NCBI GenBank assembly: GCA_041662985.1
Contig: JBAZRJ010000003.1
Span: forward strand, 3,793-67,792
Origin: Clostridia bacterium
GTDB lineage: Bacteria > Bacillota > Clostridia > Acetivibrionales > JBAZRJ01
Direction: 5' to 3'
DNA length: 64,000 bases
A program made the position numbers and the translations under genes. Under the pieces are notes generated by a model. That model saw nothing but the letters and a program-made list of their open reading frames with translations. It had not been told where the DNA came from and ran no database searches. Shown here in pieces: positions 1-9,456 of the stretch (positions are counted from its first letter, which is position 1; the number at the start of each line of letters is the position of its first letter).

Positions 1-1
1 A

Positions 2-1573
2 CTGGCCAATCCGGCCTTGTTAAGCAGTATTTTAAAACTAATAAAAGCATATGATTTTCTTTACTTGCTTGATATCATCCTTACGATTCCTGCATTGGTA
101 TTCATTTTTAAAAAACATATCATCGCTGTTGTTGCCGGACGTTTTTACAAACGGTTCGTTACATTTATTCTGGTACTGGCAATAGGATCGTCAATGATCA
201 CTTTTGGATTCTATAAGCTCAATGAAATGATGGGGTTCAGATCGCTTGATACCGTGTATGACCATGGTTTTTTTCTGACAAATATAGGATGGTTGAATTA
301 TCATGGTTTCGACATTTTCTACACAATATCAAATAACGTATTTGGCAGCAATAAGGTATCTGTGAAAGAAAAGGATAAAATCGCTTCAGAAATAGCAAAT
401 AGGACTCATAAAGATACTGTTAAAAACAATTATGCAAATGTTGCCAAGGGTAAAAATCTGATTGTAATTCAGGTTGAGTCGATGCAAAATTTCGTTCTCA
501 ATATGAAGATAAAAGGAAAAGAGATAACCCCGAACCTGAACAAATTGATTAAAGACAGCATTTATTCAGATAAATACTTTTCTCAGGCGGCACAAGGAAA
601 CACGTCAGACGCTGAATTCATCTCAAACAACTCATATTATGCCTTGCCTCAAGGCGCTGTTTACTTCAGATATCCGAATAATACTTTTGATTCGATTGCA
701 AATGTATTAAAACAACAAGGATATAGTACAATGGCATTTCACGCCTATACGGCAAGCTATTGGAATCGCGCAACAATTTATCCTTCAATGGGGTTCGATA
801 AATTCATAAGCCAGAAGGATTTTGAGAAGGACGATATATTAGGAGGCTGGGGATTATCGGATAAATCGTTTTTCAGACAGTCAGCACCGTTGTTGAAAAA
901 GATCAAACAGCCATTCTACTCCTTCATGATTACTTTGAGTTCTCATTATCCGTTTGAAGATTTCAAAAATACGGATTACTTTAACATTGGGAGTTTAAAT
1001 GATACTTTTTTAGGCGGTTACTATAAATGTATGCATTATGCAGACGAAGCACTTGGCGATTTTATTAAAGATTTAAAAAAAGAAGGCTTGTATAATAATA
1101 CCGTAATAGCTATTTATGGCGATCATGAAGCTATAAAGCCGGAAAATCTTGATGAATTGAGAAATTCATATTCTCTGCCTGATTCAAACGATCTTGCCAG
1201 CCTGGAAATGAAGAATATCCCATTAATTATTCATTTGCCTCATGACCAGGGTAAGGGCACAATGTTAACTGCGGGCGGACAGGTTGACTTAATGCCCACT
1301 CTCGCTAATCTCATGGGCTTTAAAGCGAATTATATGCTTGGGCGCGACCTATTTAATACGAAAACCGGGTTTGCAATTTTTAGAGACGGAAGCGTTACTG
1401 ACGGAAAGACAATTTATAACATCAAAGATAAGCAGTATTACGATTATATTAACGGGGAAAAAACAAGCGGAAAAGATTTAATAAGAACAGTTGATAGAGT
1501 ATCCCCCGATCTTAATATTTCCGACAAAATTGTTGAAAACAATTTGATAAAATATTTTGAATCGAAAAAGTAA
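2..1573 (+). CDS. LtaS-like lipoteichoic acid synthase / sulfatase-family phosphoglycerol transferase, 5' end cut by window edge
   Basis: The frame is open from base 2, with no stop upstream of the TTG at 17. Hydrophobic N-terminal helices are followed by a sulfatase-type ectodomain (IVIQVESMQNF, GNTSDAEF, SSHYPF, YGDHE). LtaS proteins usually have about five N-terminal TM helices, so the true start probably lies outside the window. Confidence 0.8.
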   Translation: MANPALLSSILKLIKAYDFLYLLDIILTIPALVFIFKKHIIAVVAGRFYKRFVTFILVLAIGSSMITFGFYKLNEMMGFRSLDTVYDHGFFLTNIGWLNYHGFDIFYTISNNVFGSNKVSVKEKDKIASEIANRTHKDTVKNNYANVAKGKNLIVIQVESMQNFVLNMKIKGKEITPNLNKLIKDSIYSDKYFSQAAQGNTSDAEFISNNSYYALPQGAVYFRYPNNTFDSIANVLKQQGYSTMAFHAYTASYWNRATIYPSMGFDKFISQKDFEKDDILGGWGLSDKSFFRQSAPLLKKIKQPFYSFMITLSSHYPFEDFKNTDYFNIGSLNDTFLGGYYKCMHYADEALGDFIKDLKKEGLYNNTVIAIYGDHEAIKPENLDELRNSYSLPDSNDLASLEMKNIPLIIHLPHDQGKGTMLTAGGQVDLMPTLANLMGFKANYMLGRDLFNTKTGFAIFRDGSVTDGKTIYNIKDKQYYDYINGEKTSGKDLIRTVDRVSPDLNISDKIVENNLIKYFESKK

Positions 1574-1592
1574 TTATATACCGAATAAATTT

Positions 1593-2537
1593 TTATTTCT
1601 TCAAATACATATTCACAATCAGATAATCCTTATTGTTCGCAAGCTCGCCAGCAAAAGATGTCTGATCAATTATTGCTCCCACCGAAACGTTTGATTCACC
1701 AAATGCTGTTTTTATTTCACTCTTGAAACAGTAGTAATCTGTCTTTAGCATTTTAACCGTTAAACAATTCCCGTCGGCATCTTTATCAACAGCCAGATTA
1801 AAACCTTTTGCGACATTTGATATTTTTTCGTAATCACCCGCAAAGTCATTGCTCGTTATGTTGATACCAACATTGCTGCAAACAATATTTGTTGAGGCAA
1901 CTCCACTATCCGGCCCGTTGTTTGTCCCATCATTTTCAGATGATGTGCCGCTGCTTGGATTTTTAGTCGGGTTACCGCTATCCTTTATTGACGGATGTAT
2001 GCGACTGAATATGCTGTCATCCGGCTGTCTGATTGTACTTTCAGAATCATTCGGCAAAAGATCTTTTTGATCAGAATATCCCGGAGCAGGATATTTCGAA
2101 CCATCTGTTGTTTCTTTGTTTACAGTGGAGTTGCCTGTCTTGTCCGTAGGTTCTGAAGAAACTAACGTTGCATTCGCTGCCGAATTTTTTATATTCTGAA
2201 AACCGCCGATACCCCATGCAAATACTAAAACAAGCATTCCTGCTGCAATCCCCGTCATCGCTCTCACATAACCTCGATTGAAAAAAAGTATTCTCTGCTT
2301 ATCGGTTTGCGGTTTAATTTCGATCAATTTTTCGTGAAGCAAAGCTTCAAAACCGTCAGGCAATTCTGAATCCGAAATGCTGTTTACCATCTGAACTGTT
2401 GCAAGTGTTTCCTCAAATTCTTTTTTGCAGCCTTTGCAACTGTCAATATGCGCATCAAATAATGAACGGATATTTTCATCAATCTCTCCGTCAATATATT
2501 TGTTAATAAGTTTTTTCATTTCATTGCAATTAATCAC
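1593..2537 (-). CDS. Anti-sigma factor, zf-HC2 type, single-pass membrane protein
   Basis: N-terminal H-x3-C-x2-C motif (AHIDSCKGCKKEF). One TM helix (MTGIAAGMLVLVFAWGIGGF) and an S/T/N/D-rich ectodomain. Its start overlaps the upstream sigma gene stop by 4 nt. Confidence 0.75.
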   Translation of the reverse strand: MINCNEMKKLINKYIDGEIDENIRSLFDAHIDSCKGCKKEFEETLATVQMVNSISDSELPDGFEALLHEKLIEIKPQTDKQRILFFNRGYVRAMTGIAAGMLVLVFAWGIGGFQNIKNSAANATLVSSEPTDKTGNSTVNKETTDGSKYPAPGYSDQKDLLPNDSESTIRQPDDSIFSRIHPSIKDSGNPTKNPSSGTSSENDGTNNGPDSGVASTNIVCSNVGINITSNDFAGDYEKISNVAKGFNLAVDKDADGNCLTVKMLKTDYYCFKSEIKTAFGESNVSVGAIIDQTSFAGELANNKDYLIVNMYLKK

Positions 2538-3160
2538 GTCAATTTCTCCTCTCTATTACTTTTGACGTAATGCATATCAAAAAGTTCCACTTTTTTCGAC
2601 AATTTCTTTCTCAACAATTGTCTCGCCCTGCTAATTCTTGATTTAACGGTACCTTGTGGGCATTTTAAAAATGAACTGATTTCCTCGTAACTCAAATTCT
2701 GAACATCTCTCAAAATCAGAGCAATTCGAAGATCTTTTGGCAACTCCGTAATCGCTATGTTCAAAGCTTCCTTGACTTCTTTTTTTAATAAATTTGACTC
2801 CGGAGTAATACTTTCAGTCTTAAATTCAATATTGTATCTATCGTTGCTTTGTTCGATTTGCTCATCAAATGAAACAACTTTCATGTTTTTCCTGGATCTG
2901 AATTCATCCAGGCAAAGATTTGTTGTAATCCTGTAAATCCATGTTTTTAAGGAGGATTTTCCTTCAAACGTTCCAATAGACTTATATATTTTGATAAATA
3001 CTTCCTGTGTAATATCAGAAGCATCCTCATTGTTTGAGAACATCCTTAATGCAATATTGAACACAGTTTTATAATAGGCTCTGACAAGATCCTCATAAGC
3101 TTCAACGTCACCATTTTTTGCTCTTTTTATAAGCATATTGTCCTGCTCGTTCAATATCAC
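2534..3160 (-). CDS. ECF-type RNA polymerase sigma-70 family factor
   Basis: Region 2 (DASDITQEVFIKIY, LKTWIYRITTNLCLDEFR) and region 4 HTH (LSYEEISSFLKCPQGTVKSRISRAR) are recognisable. The length (~200 aa) is typical of ECF sigmas. The exact start (GTG at 3160 or TTG two codons in) is uncertain. Confidence 0.85.
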   Translation of the reverse strand: MILNEQDNMLIKRAKNGDVEAYEDLVRAYYKTVFNIALRMFSNNEDASDITQEVFIKIYKSIGTFEGKSSLKTWIYRITTNLCLDEFRSRKNMKVVSFDEQIEQSNDRYNIEFKTESITPESNLLKKEVKEALNIAITELPKDLRIALILRDVQNLSYEEISSFLKCPQGTVKSRISRARQLLRKKLSKKVELFDMHYVKSNREEKLT

Positions 3161-3181
3161 ACCTCCCTCCCAAACTATTGA

Positions 3182-3238
3182 GACCTCCGCCCCCTGTTTT
3201 GTGAATTATTTAGACCTTCCGCGCCTTGTTTTGTGAAC
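3182..3238 (-). repeat. Two ~26-nt direct repeats (period 31) just upstream of the ECF sigma gene
   Basis: On the minus strand the units read TTCACAAAACAAGGCGCGGAAGGTCT (3213-3238) and TTCACAAAACAGGGGGCGGAGGTCT (3182-3206). The proximal copy ends about 20 nt before the GGAGG SD. Confidence 0.6.
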
Positions 3239-3296
3239 GGTTGCTGTTTTCGGATATTTTAAACAAGAATAGCAATATGATTTTGGCACGGATCTT

Positions 3297-4394
3297 TTAT
3301 TCTGTGGTATTTGTTAATTGTTGTATTATTGAATATATTTTTTCAGTTGCATCTAACTTTGCAATATTCTTTGAATTTCTTGACATGGTTTTCGCTATCT
3401 CGTCATCGGTTATTATTTTTTTTATGTAATCATAGAGCAATTCTGATTTCAACTCATTCTCAGTCATAACAACGGCAGCTCCGGCCTTCTCAAGTGCTCT
3501 TGCATTGTGCTCCTGATGGTTTGCCGTTACATGAGGCGAAGGAATTAAAATTGCAGGAATTCCAAGCGCTGTCAATTCGCTTATTGTAATTGCTCCCGCC
3601 CTTGAAACGACAAGATCGGCTGAACTCATAACCTGTGCCATATCATAGATATACGGCACTATTTTAACAGTATCCGGTATCCTGTGCCATAACCGTTCGC
3701 TTATTTTTCTGAATTGCGACTCACCTGTTGCATAAATTATATCAAAATCTTTTTCAGAATAATATTTAACGAGCATTTCGGAAACAGTTTCATTTATTTT
3801 TTCTGCCCCCCGGCTGCCGCCAAAAATAACGACCAGTTTTCGGTCTGCATCCAATCCGATTTCAATCCTTGCTTTTTGTCTGTCTGCCTCCAAAATATCG
3901 TTTCTGATTGGATTTCCTGTCATGATTAGGTTCCGTGTCTTAAAATATTTTTCGGATTCAGAGAAACTTATCGCAACTTTTTTCACAAATCTCGAAAGAA
4001 TCCTGTTTGTCAGCCCCGGATATGCGTTTTGCTCATGAATCAGCGTAGGTATCTTAAGTCTTGACGCCGCAAAAAGTACCGGACCGCATACATAACCTCC
4101 TGTGCCGATTACTATATCCGGTTTATATTCTTTTAAAATTTTTCTTGCCTGAAAAAGCCCCTGAAAAAGCTCTTTAATTGCTACAAAAGTGTCAAATGAC
4201 AAGCTTCGCCTGAAACCCCTGACATTAATTGTTTTCAGCGTAAAGCCTTCAAGCGGCACAAGTTTGGTTTCAAAACCCTTTTTTGTCCCAATGAATAAAA
4301 TCTCTGCACCTTTTTTATCCCGTAGATACTTTCCAATTGCAAGGCCCGGATTTATGTGTCCTGCGGTTCCTCCACCTGCAATGATTGCTTTCAC
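3297..4394 (-). CDS. murG: UDP-N-acetylglucosamine--N-acetylmuramyl-(pentapeptide) pyrophosphoryl-undecaprenol GlcNAc transferase
   Basis: N-terminal GGGTAGHINPGLAI motif, GT28 architecture, and position at the end of the dcw cluster. Confidence 0.95.
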   Translation of the reverse strand: MKAIIAGGGTAGHINPGLAIGKYLRDKKGAEILFIGTKKGFETKLVPLEGFTLKTINVRGFRRSLSFDTFVAIKELFQGLFQARKILKEYKPDIVIGTGGYVCGPVLFAASRLKIPTLIHEQNAYPGLTNRILSRFVKKVAISFSESEKYFKTRNLIMTGNPIRNDILEADRQKARIEIGLDADRKLVVIFGGSRGAEKINETVSEMLVKYYSEKDFDIIYATGESQFRKISERLWHRIPDTVKIVPYIYDMAQVMSSADLVVSRAGAITISELTALGIPAILIPSPHVTANHQEHNARALEKAGAAVVMTENELKSELLYDYIKKIITDDEIAKTMSRNSKNIAKLDATEKIYSIIQQLTNTTE

Positions 4395-4404
4395 TTATTC
4401 CACC

Positions 4405-5520
4405 TCATAAACGATCATATTTTGAATATCTTGATATATTTAATAATATACCAACTGAAGTCATTAGGAAAAGGAGTGACGTCCCTCCGTAACTAAAGAA
4501 CGGCAAAGGAGTACCTGTTAAAGGCATTGAGGATGTGACAACTCCTACATTAAATATTACCTGGACAGCAACAAGAGATGTTATGCCAACTGCTGTCAGC
4601 ATTCCAAATGTATCGGGAGCATTCATCGCTATTTTAATGCCCCTCCAGACAAAAATCATGAACAATGCCATTATAAGGACAATCCCGACAAGACCGAGTT
4701 CTTCAGCGATTATCGAGAAAATAAAGTCAGTATGAGGTTCCGGAATATACATATATTTTTGCAGGCTTTTACCGAGTCCTCTGCCGAATATTCCCCCCGA
4801 ACCTATTGCGTACAGTGAGTTAATAATCTGATAGCCTGAGCCCTGACTGTCTTTCCAGGGATCCAGGAATGAAATAACCCTGCTCAGCCTCCACGACGAA
4901 CTAAGAACTGCCACCAGCAGTATAAAAACGGACGGAAATAAAATTATCATAAAATGAGCAAGCTTCGCTCCGCCGCAATAAAGAAGCACAAGTGCAACAA
5001 CAACAATTATTATTGTTACGCTTAAGTGAGGCTCAAGATAAAGCAACCCTGCGGAAATTCCCACTAATAAAAGATACGGTAAAAATCCGGATAAAAATCC
5101 GTCTAATTTATCCTGTCTTTTTGAAAGACTGTTTGCAAAGAAGAGTATAATTGCGATTTTCGCAATCTCTGAAGGCTGAAATCCGTACAACCACCTTCTT
5201 GCGCCGTTAGTTTCAGTACCTATGCTCGGAACCAGAACTACTATCAGAAGGACAATGCTCATAAAAAGCAGAAAAGGTGTAAACTTTGCAATTTTTTTAT
5301 AATTGAAATTCATTGCTATTATCATTCCAACCAGACCAAGACCGGCTGCTTTCAGCTGGCCTTTCAAGAAGAAATAGCTATCTCCGAAATTCAGGGAAGC
5401 GTAGGGCGCACTCGCGCTGAAAACCATAATGATACCAAGTGTCAGCAATGCCAGCACTGTCATTAGCAGCCAAAAATCAAATGGTTTTCTTGATCTTGTT
5501 TCTTCCATACCTGCCTCCAT
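4405..5520 (-). CDS. ftsW: SEDS-family lipid II polymerase/flippase (FtsW/SpoVE)
   Basis: Polytopic membrane protein with SEDS motifs (PSEIAKIAIILF, PEPHTDFIFSIIAEELG, LPLTGTPLPFFSYGGTS). It sits between mraY and murG. Confidence 0.9.
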   Translation of the reverse strand: MEAGMEETRSRKPFDFWLLMTVLALLTLGIIMVFSASAPYASLNFGDSYFFLKGQLKAAGLGLVGMIIAMNFNYKKIAKFTPFLLFMSIVLLIVVLVPSIGTETNGARRWLYGFQPSEIAKIAIILFFANSLSKRQDKLDGFLSGFLPYLLLVGISAGLLYLEPHLSVTIIIVVVALVLLYCGGAKLAHFMIILFPSVFILLVAVLSSSWRLSRVISFLDPWKDSQGSGYQIINSLYAIGSGGIFGRGLGKSLQKYMYIPEPHTDFIFSIIAEELGLVGIVLIMALFMIFVWRGIKIAMNAPDTFGMLTAVGITSLVAVQVIFNVGVVTSSMPLTGTPLPFFSYGGTSLLFLMTSVGILLNISRYSKYDRL

Positions 5521-5525
5521 ACTAT

Positions 5526-6521
5526 TTAATCAAATATCCGGGAAGTGAACGCAATATATCCCAAAACACAAAAGATAATTGACGCAAACCAAAATAGGTA
5601 CACAATCTTTGTCTCTTTCCATCCCGAAAGTTCGAAATGATGATGGACAGGAGCCATTTTGAAAACACGTTTACCCGTCGACTTAAACGATATTACCTGA
5701 ATTATAACAGACAATGCCTCGATAATATAAACAGCACCTGCAATAAAAATAATCAACGGCAGGTTCATCATCACTGCAATCCCTGCAACCGCACCCCCAA
5801 GAGCAAGTGAACCCGTATCTCCCATAAATATCTTAGCCGGATACATATTAAAAATAAGGAACCCAAGACACCCGCCGGACACAGACGACGAAAAAACTTT
5901 GATGAAGTCCCACTCAACCCTTGTCTTTGATATTACAATAAACAAAAACATTACAATCAAAGTAACTCCTGCGGCAAGTCCATCCAAGCCATCGGTCAGG
6001 TTTACCGAGTTTGTCAGGGCAGAAAATATCAGAATAATTATTAAAACATATATCCACGGCTGACCAAAAGTAATGTCAAACCCAAAAATTCTTATGTCAA
6101 AATCGGTTCCCATCGATGTTATCATATAAAGCGCAAAAACCGATGAAAATATAACTATCATAACCATCTTTTGAAAAGCGCTTAACCCGTTTTTATTCTT
6201 TTTCACAATTTTAATCATATCATCTAAAAATCCAATTGCTCCAAATGCTAGTGTCACAAGTAGAAGCGGCAGAATCTTCGGATACGCTCCGGAAAAATAA
6301 AGAAATAGCGATAAAACGGTGACAGGAATTAAAATCAAAAGACCTCCGATTGTAGGCGTTCCCGATTTTGCCAAATGTCTTAAAGGCCCGTCGTCTCTAA
6401 CTGTTTGCCCAAATTTCAGTCTTTTAAGGATGGGTATGAGAATTATCCCCAATATGAACGCAAGTATCAGAGTCATAATAAAACTTAAAAATTGAATTTG
6501 AGTGAAAAATGCAAAATCCAT
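5526..6521 (-). CDS. mraY: Phospho-N-acetylmuramoyl-pentapeptide transferase
   Basis: Motifs TPTIGG, NLTDGLDGLA, MGDTGSLALGG and APVHHHFE. Confidence 0.95.
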   Translation of the reverse strand: MDFAFFTQIQFLSFIMTLILAFILGIILIPILKRLKFGQTVRDDGPLRHLAKSGTPTIGGLLILIPVTVLSLFLYFSGAYPKILPLLLVTLAFGAIGFLDDMIKIVKKNKNGLSAFQKMVMIVIFSSVFALYMITSMGTDFDIRIFGFDITFGQPWIYVLIIILIFSALTNSVNLTDGLDGLAAGVTLIVMFLFIVISKTRVEWDFIKVFSSSVSGGCLGFLIFNMYPAKIFMGDTGSLALGGAVAGIAVMMNLPLIIFIAGAVYIIEALSVIIQVISFKSTGKRVFKMAPVHHHFELSGWKETKIVYLFWFASIIFCVLGYIAFTSRIFD

Positions 6522-6536
6522 TTTGGCCGCCTTTCA

Positions 6537-7910
6537 TTATTTAGTCAATTCCTGCACTATCTGCTCCATCTTCATTCCTCTCGAACCTTTAACGAGAACA
6601 ATATCACCGGCTCTAACTATTTTCTCCAAATATATGCAAACCGATTTATTGTCATCAAACGACTTGACATTTTCACCGGAAATTCCCCCGCTTAATGCGC
6701 CAACCGCAATATTTTGGGCGTTTTCACCAACGGTTAATATCAGATCAATGCCTTTTAATGCCGCATATTTTCCTACATCCAGATGAACTTTATACGCCCA
6801 TTCACCCATTTCAAGCATATCTCCCAAAACAGCAACTCTTTTTCCGTCAGTTGAAATATCTTTTAGCACATCCAAAGCAGCTTCCATTGATTTCGGGCTG
6901 GCATTATAAGTATCATTGATTACTTTTATGTCATTTTTCACAACTATATTTAATCTTAAATCACTTGGTTTGTACTCATAAATCCCTTTGATTATTAAGT
7001 CCATCGGGACATTAAATTCAATTCCAAGTGAAATTGCTGCCAAAGCGTTGTAAACATTATGAAAACCGGGTGTTGATGTCCTTACATTATATTCGGTATC
7101 ATTTATTGAAATTTTAAATTTGCAGCCCTGCTCTCCCAATGACAACAGGTCATAAGCCTGATAATCAAGTCCTTCTTCCGTACCATAAAATAAAGTTCTG
7201 ACTTTTAAAAGATCCTTTAATCCATGCAGCAAATTATCGTCGCCGTTCAAAATCGCCACCCCTTTTGGTGACAAGAACTCAAATATTTCGGTTTTCGCTT
7301 TCAGAATATTCTGTCTGGACCCGAGTTTGTCAATATGAGACAACCCAATGTTTGTTATGACCGCATAATCAGGCTTGACTATCGAAGACAATCTGCTGAT
7401 TTCCCCGAATCCGCTCATGCCCATTTCAAAAATTGCAATTTCGTGCTCCTTTTCCATTCTAAAAATCGAAAGCGGAAGCCCGATCTCGTTATTAAAGTTG
7501 CCGGCAGTTTTTAAAACCTTATATTTCTGCGAAAGGACAGAAGCAATAATATCTTTTGTGCTTGTTTTCCCGACACTTCCGGTTATCGCAATAAAAGGTA
7601 TATCAAATTTGCTTCTGTAAAACGCAGCAAGATTTCTTAACGCTGTAAGTGTGCTTTTAACCTTGATCAGCGTTTTGCCGTCAAAAGGAGCTAAATTTTT
7701 TTCGGTCAGGGCAATTACCGCACCCTTTTCAAAAGAAGAGATAATGAAATCATGTCCGTCAAATCTTTCTCCGATTATAGGTATAAAAAAATCGCCGGGT
7801 TTGATGTTTCGGGAATCTATGGAAATATTATCTATAGTCAAATCAATATTACCCGAAAGCAACTTTCCGTTCACTGCGCCGATTATTTCACTGCATTTCA
7901 AAGATTGCAT
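6537..7910 (-). CDS. murF: UDP-N-acetylmuramoyl-tripeptide--D-alanyl-D-alanine ligase
   Basis: Mur ligase P-loop ITGSVGKTSTKD, a DNYNASP-like motif (NDTYNASP), and dcw context after murE. Confidence 0.95.
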   Translation of the reverse strand: MQSLKCSEIIGAVNGKLLSGNIDLTIDNISIDSRNIKPGDFFIPIIGERFDGHDFIISSFEKGAVIALTEKNLAPFDGKTLIKVKSTLTALRNLAAFYRSKFDIPFIAITGSVGKTSTKDIIASVLSQKYKVLKTAGNFNNEIGLPLSIFRMEKEHEIAIFEMGMSGFGEISRLSSIVKPDYAVITNIGLSHIDKLGSRQNILKAKTEIFEFLSPKGVAILNGDDNLLHGLKDLLKVRTLFYGTEEGLDYQAYDLLSLGEQGCKFKISINDTEYNVRTSTPGFHNVYNALAAISLGIEFNVPMDLIIKGIYEYKPSDLRLNIVVKNDIKVINDTYNASPKSMEAALDVLKDISTDGKRVAVLGDMLEMGEWAYKVHLDVGKYAALKGIDLILTVGENAQNIAVGALSGGISGENVKSFDDNKSVCIYLEKIVRAGDIVLVKGSRGMKMEQIVQELTK

Positions 7911-7924
7911 TTCGTTCCTCCATT

Positions 7925-9394
7925 TTATTGCATTTTATCTGATGTATTTTCATCTGCAAGAATCTCTGTAACTACTTCTCTCTCATCAAAATGAATAGTT
8001 TTATCTTTAAATGTTTGATATGTCTCATGGCCTTTGCCTGCCAGAACAATTATATCGCCCGGTTTTGCGTTATCCAGCGCGTACTTGATCGCACTGTATC
8101 TATCGACGATTGCAATATACTTTGCACCGGTTCCCTTTATTCCGTCTTCGATTTCTTTAACAATTTTTTCCGGCTCTTCCGTTCTTGGATTATCCGAAGT
8201 AATTATTGTAAAATCGGCTAGTTTCGCTGAAATCTCAGCCATGAGCGGTCTTTTTGCCCTGTCACGGTCACCACCGCATCCAAATAAACAAATCACACTG
8301 CCCTTTGCGAAACCCTTTACAGTTGTAAGTATGTTCAAAAGACTGTTTGGCGAGTGTGCATAATCGATCATTACAGTAAAGTCCCTGTCGGTTTTTACAA
8401 TTTCCGCTCTTCCGGGAACCCTTATCGATGCCAGGCCTTTAACTATAAATTCAAAAGGTACTCCTGAAATAAGTCCTGCGCCGATTGCGGCAAGAGAATT
8501 ATAAACGCTGAATATACCGGGAACCGCTGTTTTTATGTGTTCATGACCCCATTTGCAAAAAACATCGAATTCGACACTGTCAGAATATTCAATAATGTTT
8601 TTCGCACAAAAATCCGAAACTTTATCAATGCTATATGTGTAAATCTCGCAATCGCAAGCATCCGCGATTCTTTGACCGGAATCGTCATCAATATTAACAA
8701 GTGCGGTTTTGCACATTTTAAACAATTTCATTTTTGAATTAAAATAATCATCAAAATCGGAATGTTCGTTAGGTCCGATATGATCTCTTGAAAAATTCGT
8801 AAAAATTCCGAGGTTAAAATCACAGCAGGCTACCCTATTTAGTTTTAATCCCTGTGAGGAAACTTCCATGGCTGCCGTATCAACCTTTTTTTCGACCATT
8901 TCCGCAAACAATGACTGTAAATCATATGATTCGGGAGTGGTTCGTTCAGTATAAATAACCTCGTCACCTATCATGTTTGAAATGGTTCCGATTAACCCGA
9001 CCTTTTGATGAAACGCCTCAAATATTGATTTAATCATATAAGTAGTGGTCGTTTTACCCTTTGTTCCTGTCGCTCCGATTAGCCTTAATTTGGCGGACGG
9101 ATGGTCAAAATACCTGTCGGATACATACGCTAATGCAAACCTTGTGTCAGCTACTCTGATTATAGGAACCCCGTCAATAGCTCCAATTTCATCCTCGACA
9201 ATTAATGCACCTGCCCCGTTTTCTATCGCGGATGAAATAAAATTATGCCCGTCAGATTTATATCCTTTGATGCATACGAAAACATACCCGGATTTCACTT
9301 TTCTGGAATCAAGGGCAATCCCTCTTATTTCAGTGTCCATATTTCCTTTAATATCGAGGATTTCAAGTCCCTTTATTAATTTCCCTATTTCCAT
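7925..9394 (-). CDS. murE: UDP-N-acetylmuramoyl-L-alanyl-D-glutamate--2,6-diaminopimelate ligase
   Basis: Mur ligase P-loop GATGTKGKTTTT plus a DNPR motif (ITSDNPRTEEP). I moved the start to ATG 9394 because a GGAGGA SD lies 5 nt upstream. The ORF-track start at 9436 has no SD. Confidence 0.93.
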   Translation of the reverse strand: MEIGKLIKGLEILDIKGNMDTEIRGIALDSRKVKSGYVFVCIKGYKSDGHNFISSAIENGAGALIVEDEIGAIDGVPIIRVADTRFALAYVSDRYFDHPSAKLRLIGATGTKGKTTTTYMIKSIFEAFHQKVGLIGTISNMIGDEVIYTERTTPESYDLQSLFAEMVEKKVDTAAMEVSSQGLKLNRVACCDFNLGIFTNFSRDHIGPNEHSDFDDYFNSKMKLFKMCKTALVNIDDDSGQRIADACDCEIYTYSIDKVSDFCAKNIIEYSDSVEFDVFCKWGHEHIKTAVPGIFSVYNSLAAIGAGLISGVPFEFIVKGLASIRVPGRAEIVKTDRDFTVMIDYAHSPNSLLNILTTVKGFAKGSVICLFGCGGDRDRAKRPLMAEISAKLADFTIITSDNPRTEEPEKIVKEIEDGIKGTGAKYIAIVDRYSAIKYALDNAKPGDIIVLAGKGHETYQTFKDKTIHFDEREVVTEILADENTSDKMQ

Positions 9395-9456
9395 TATATC
9401 CTCCAAAACTATATTAAAAGCAAAGTTCTGCCTCAATTGCCTATCTAAGTTTTTCC

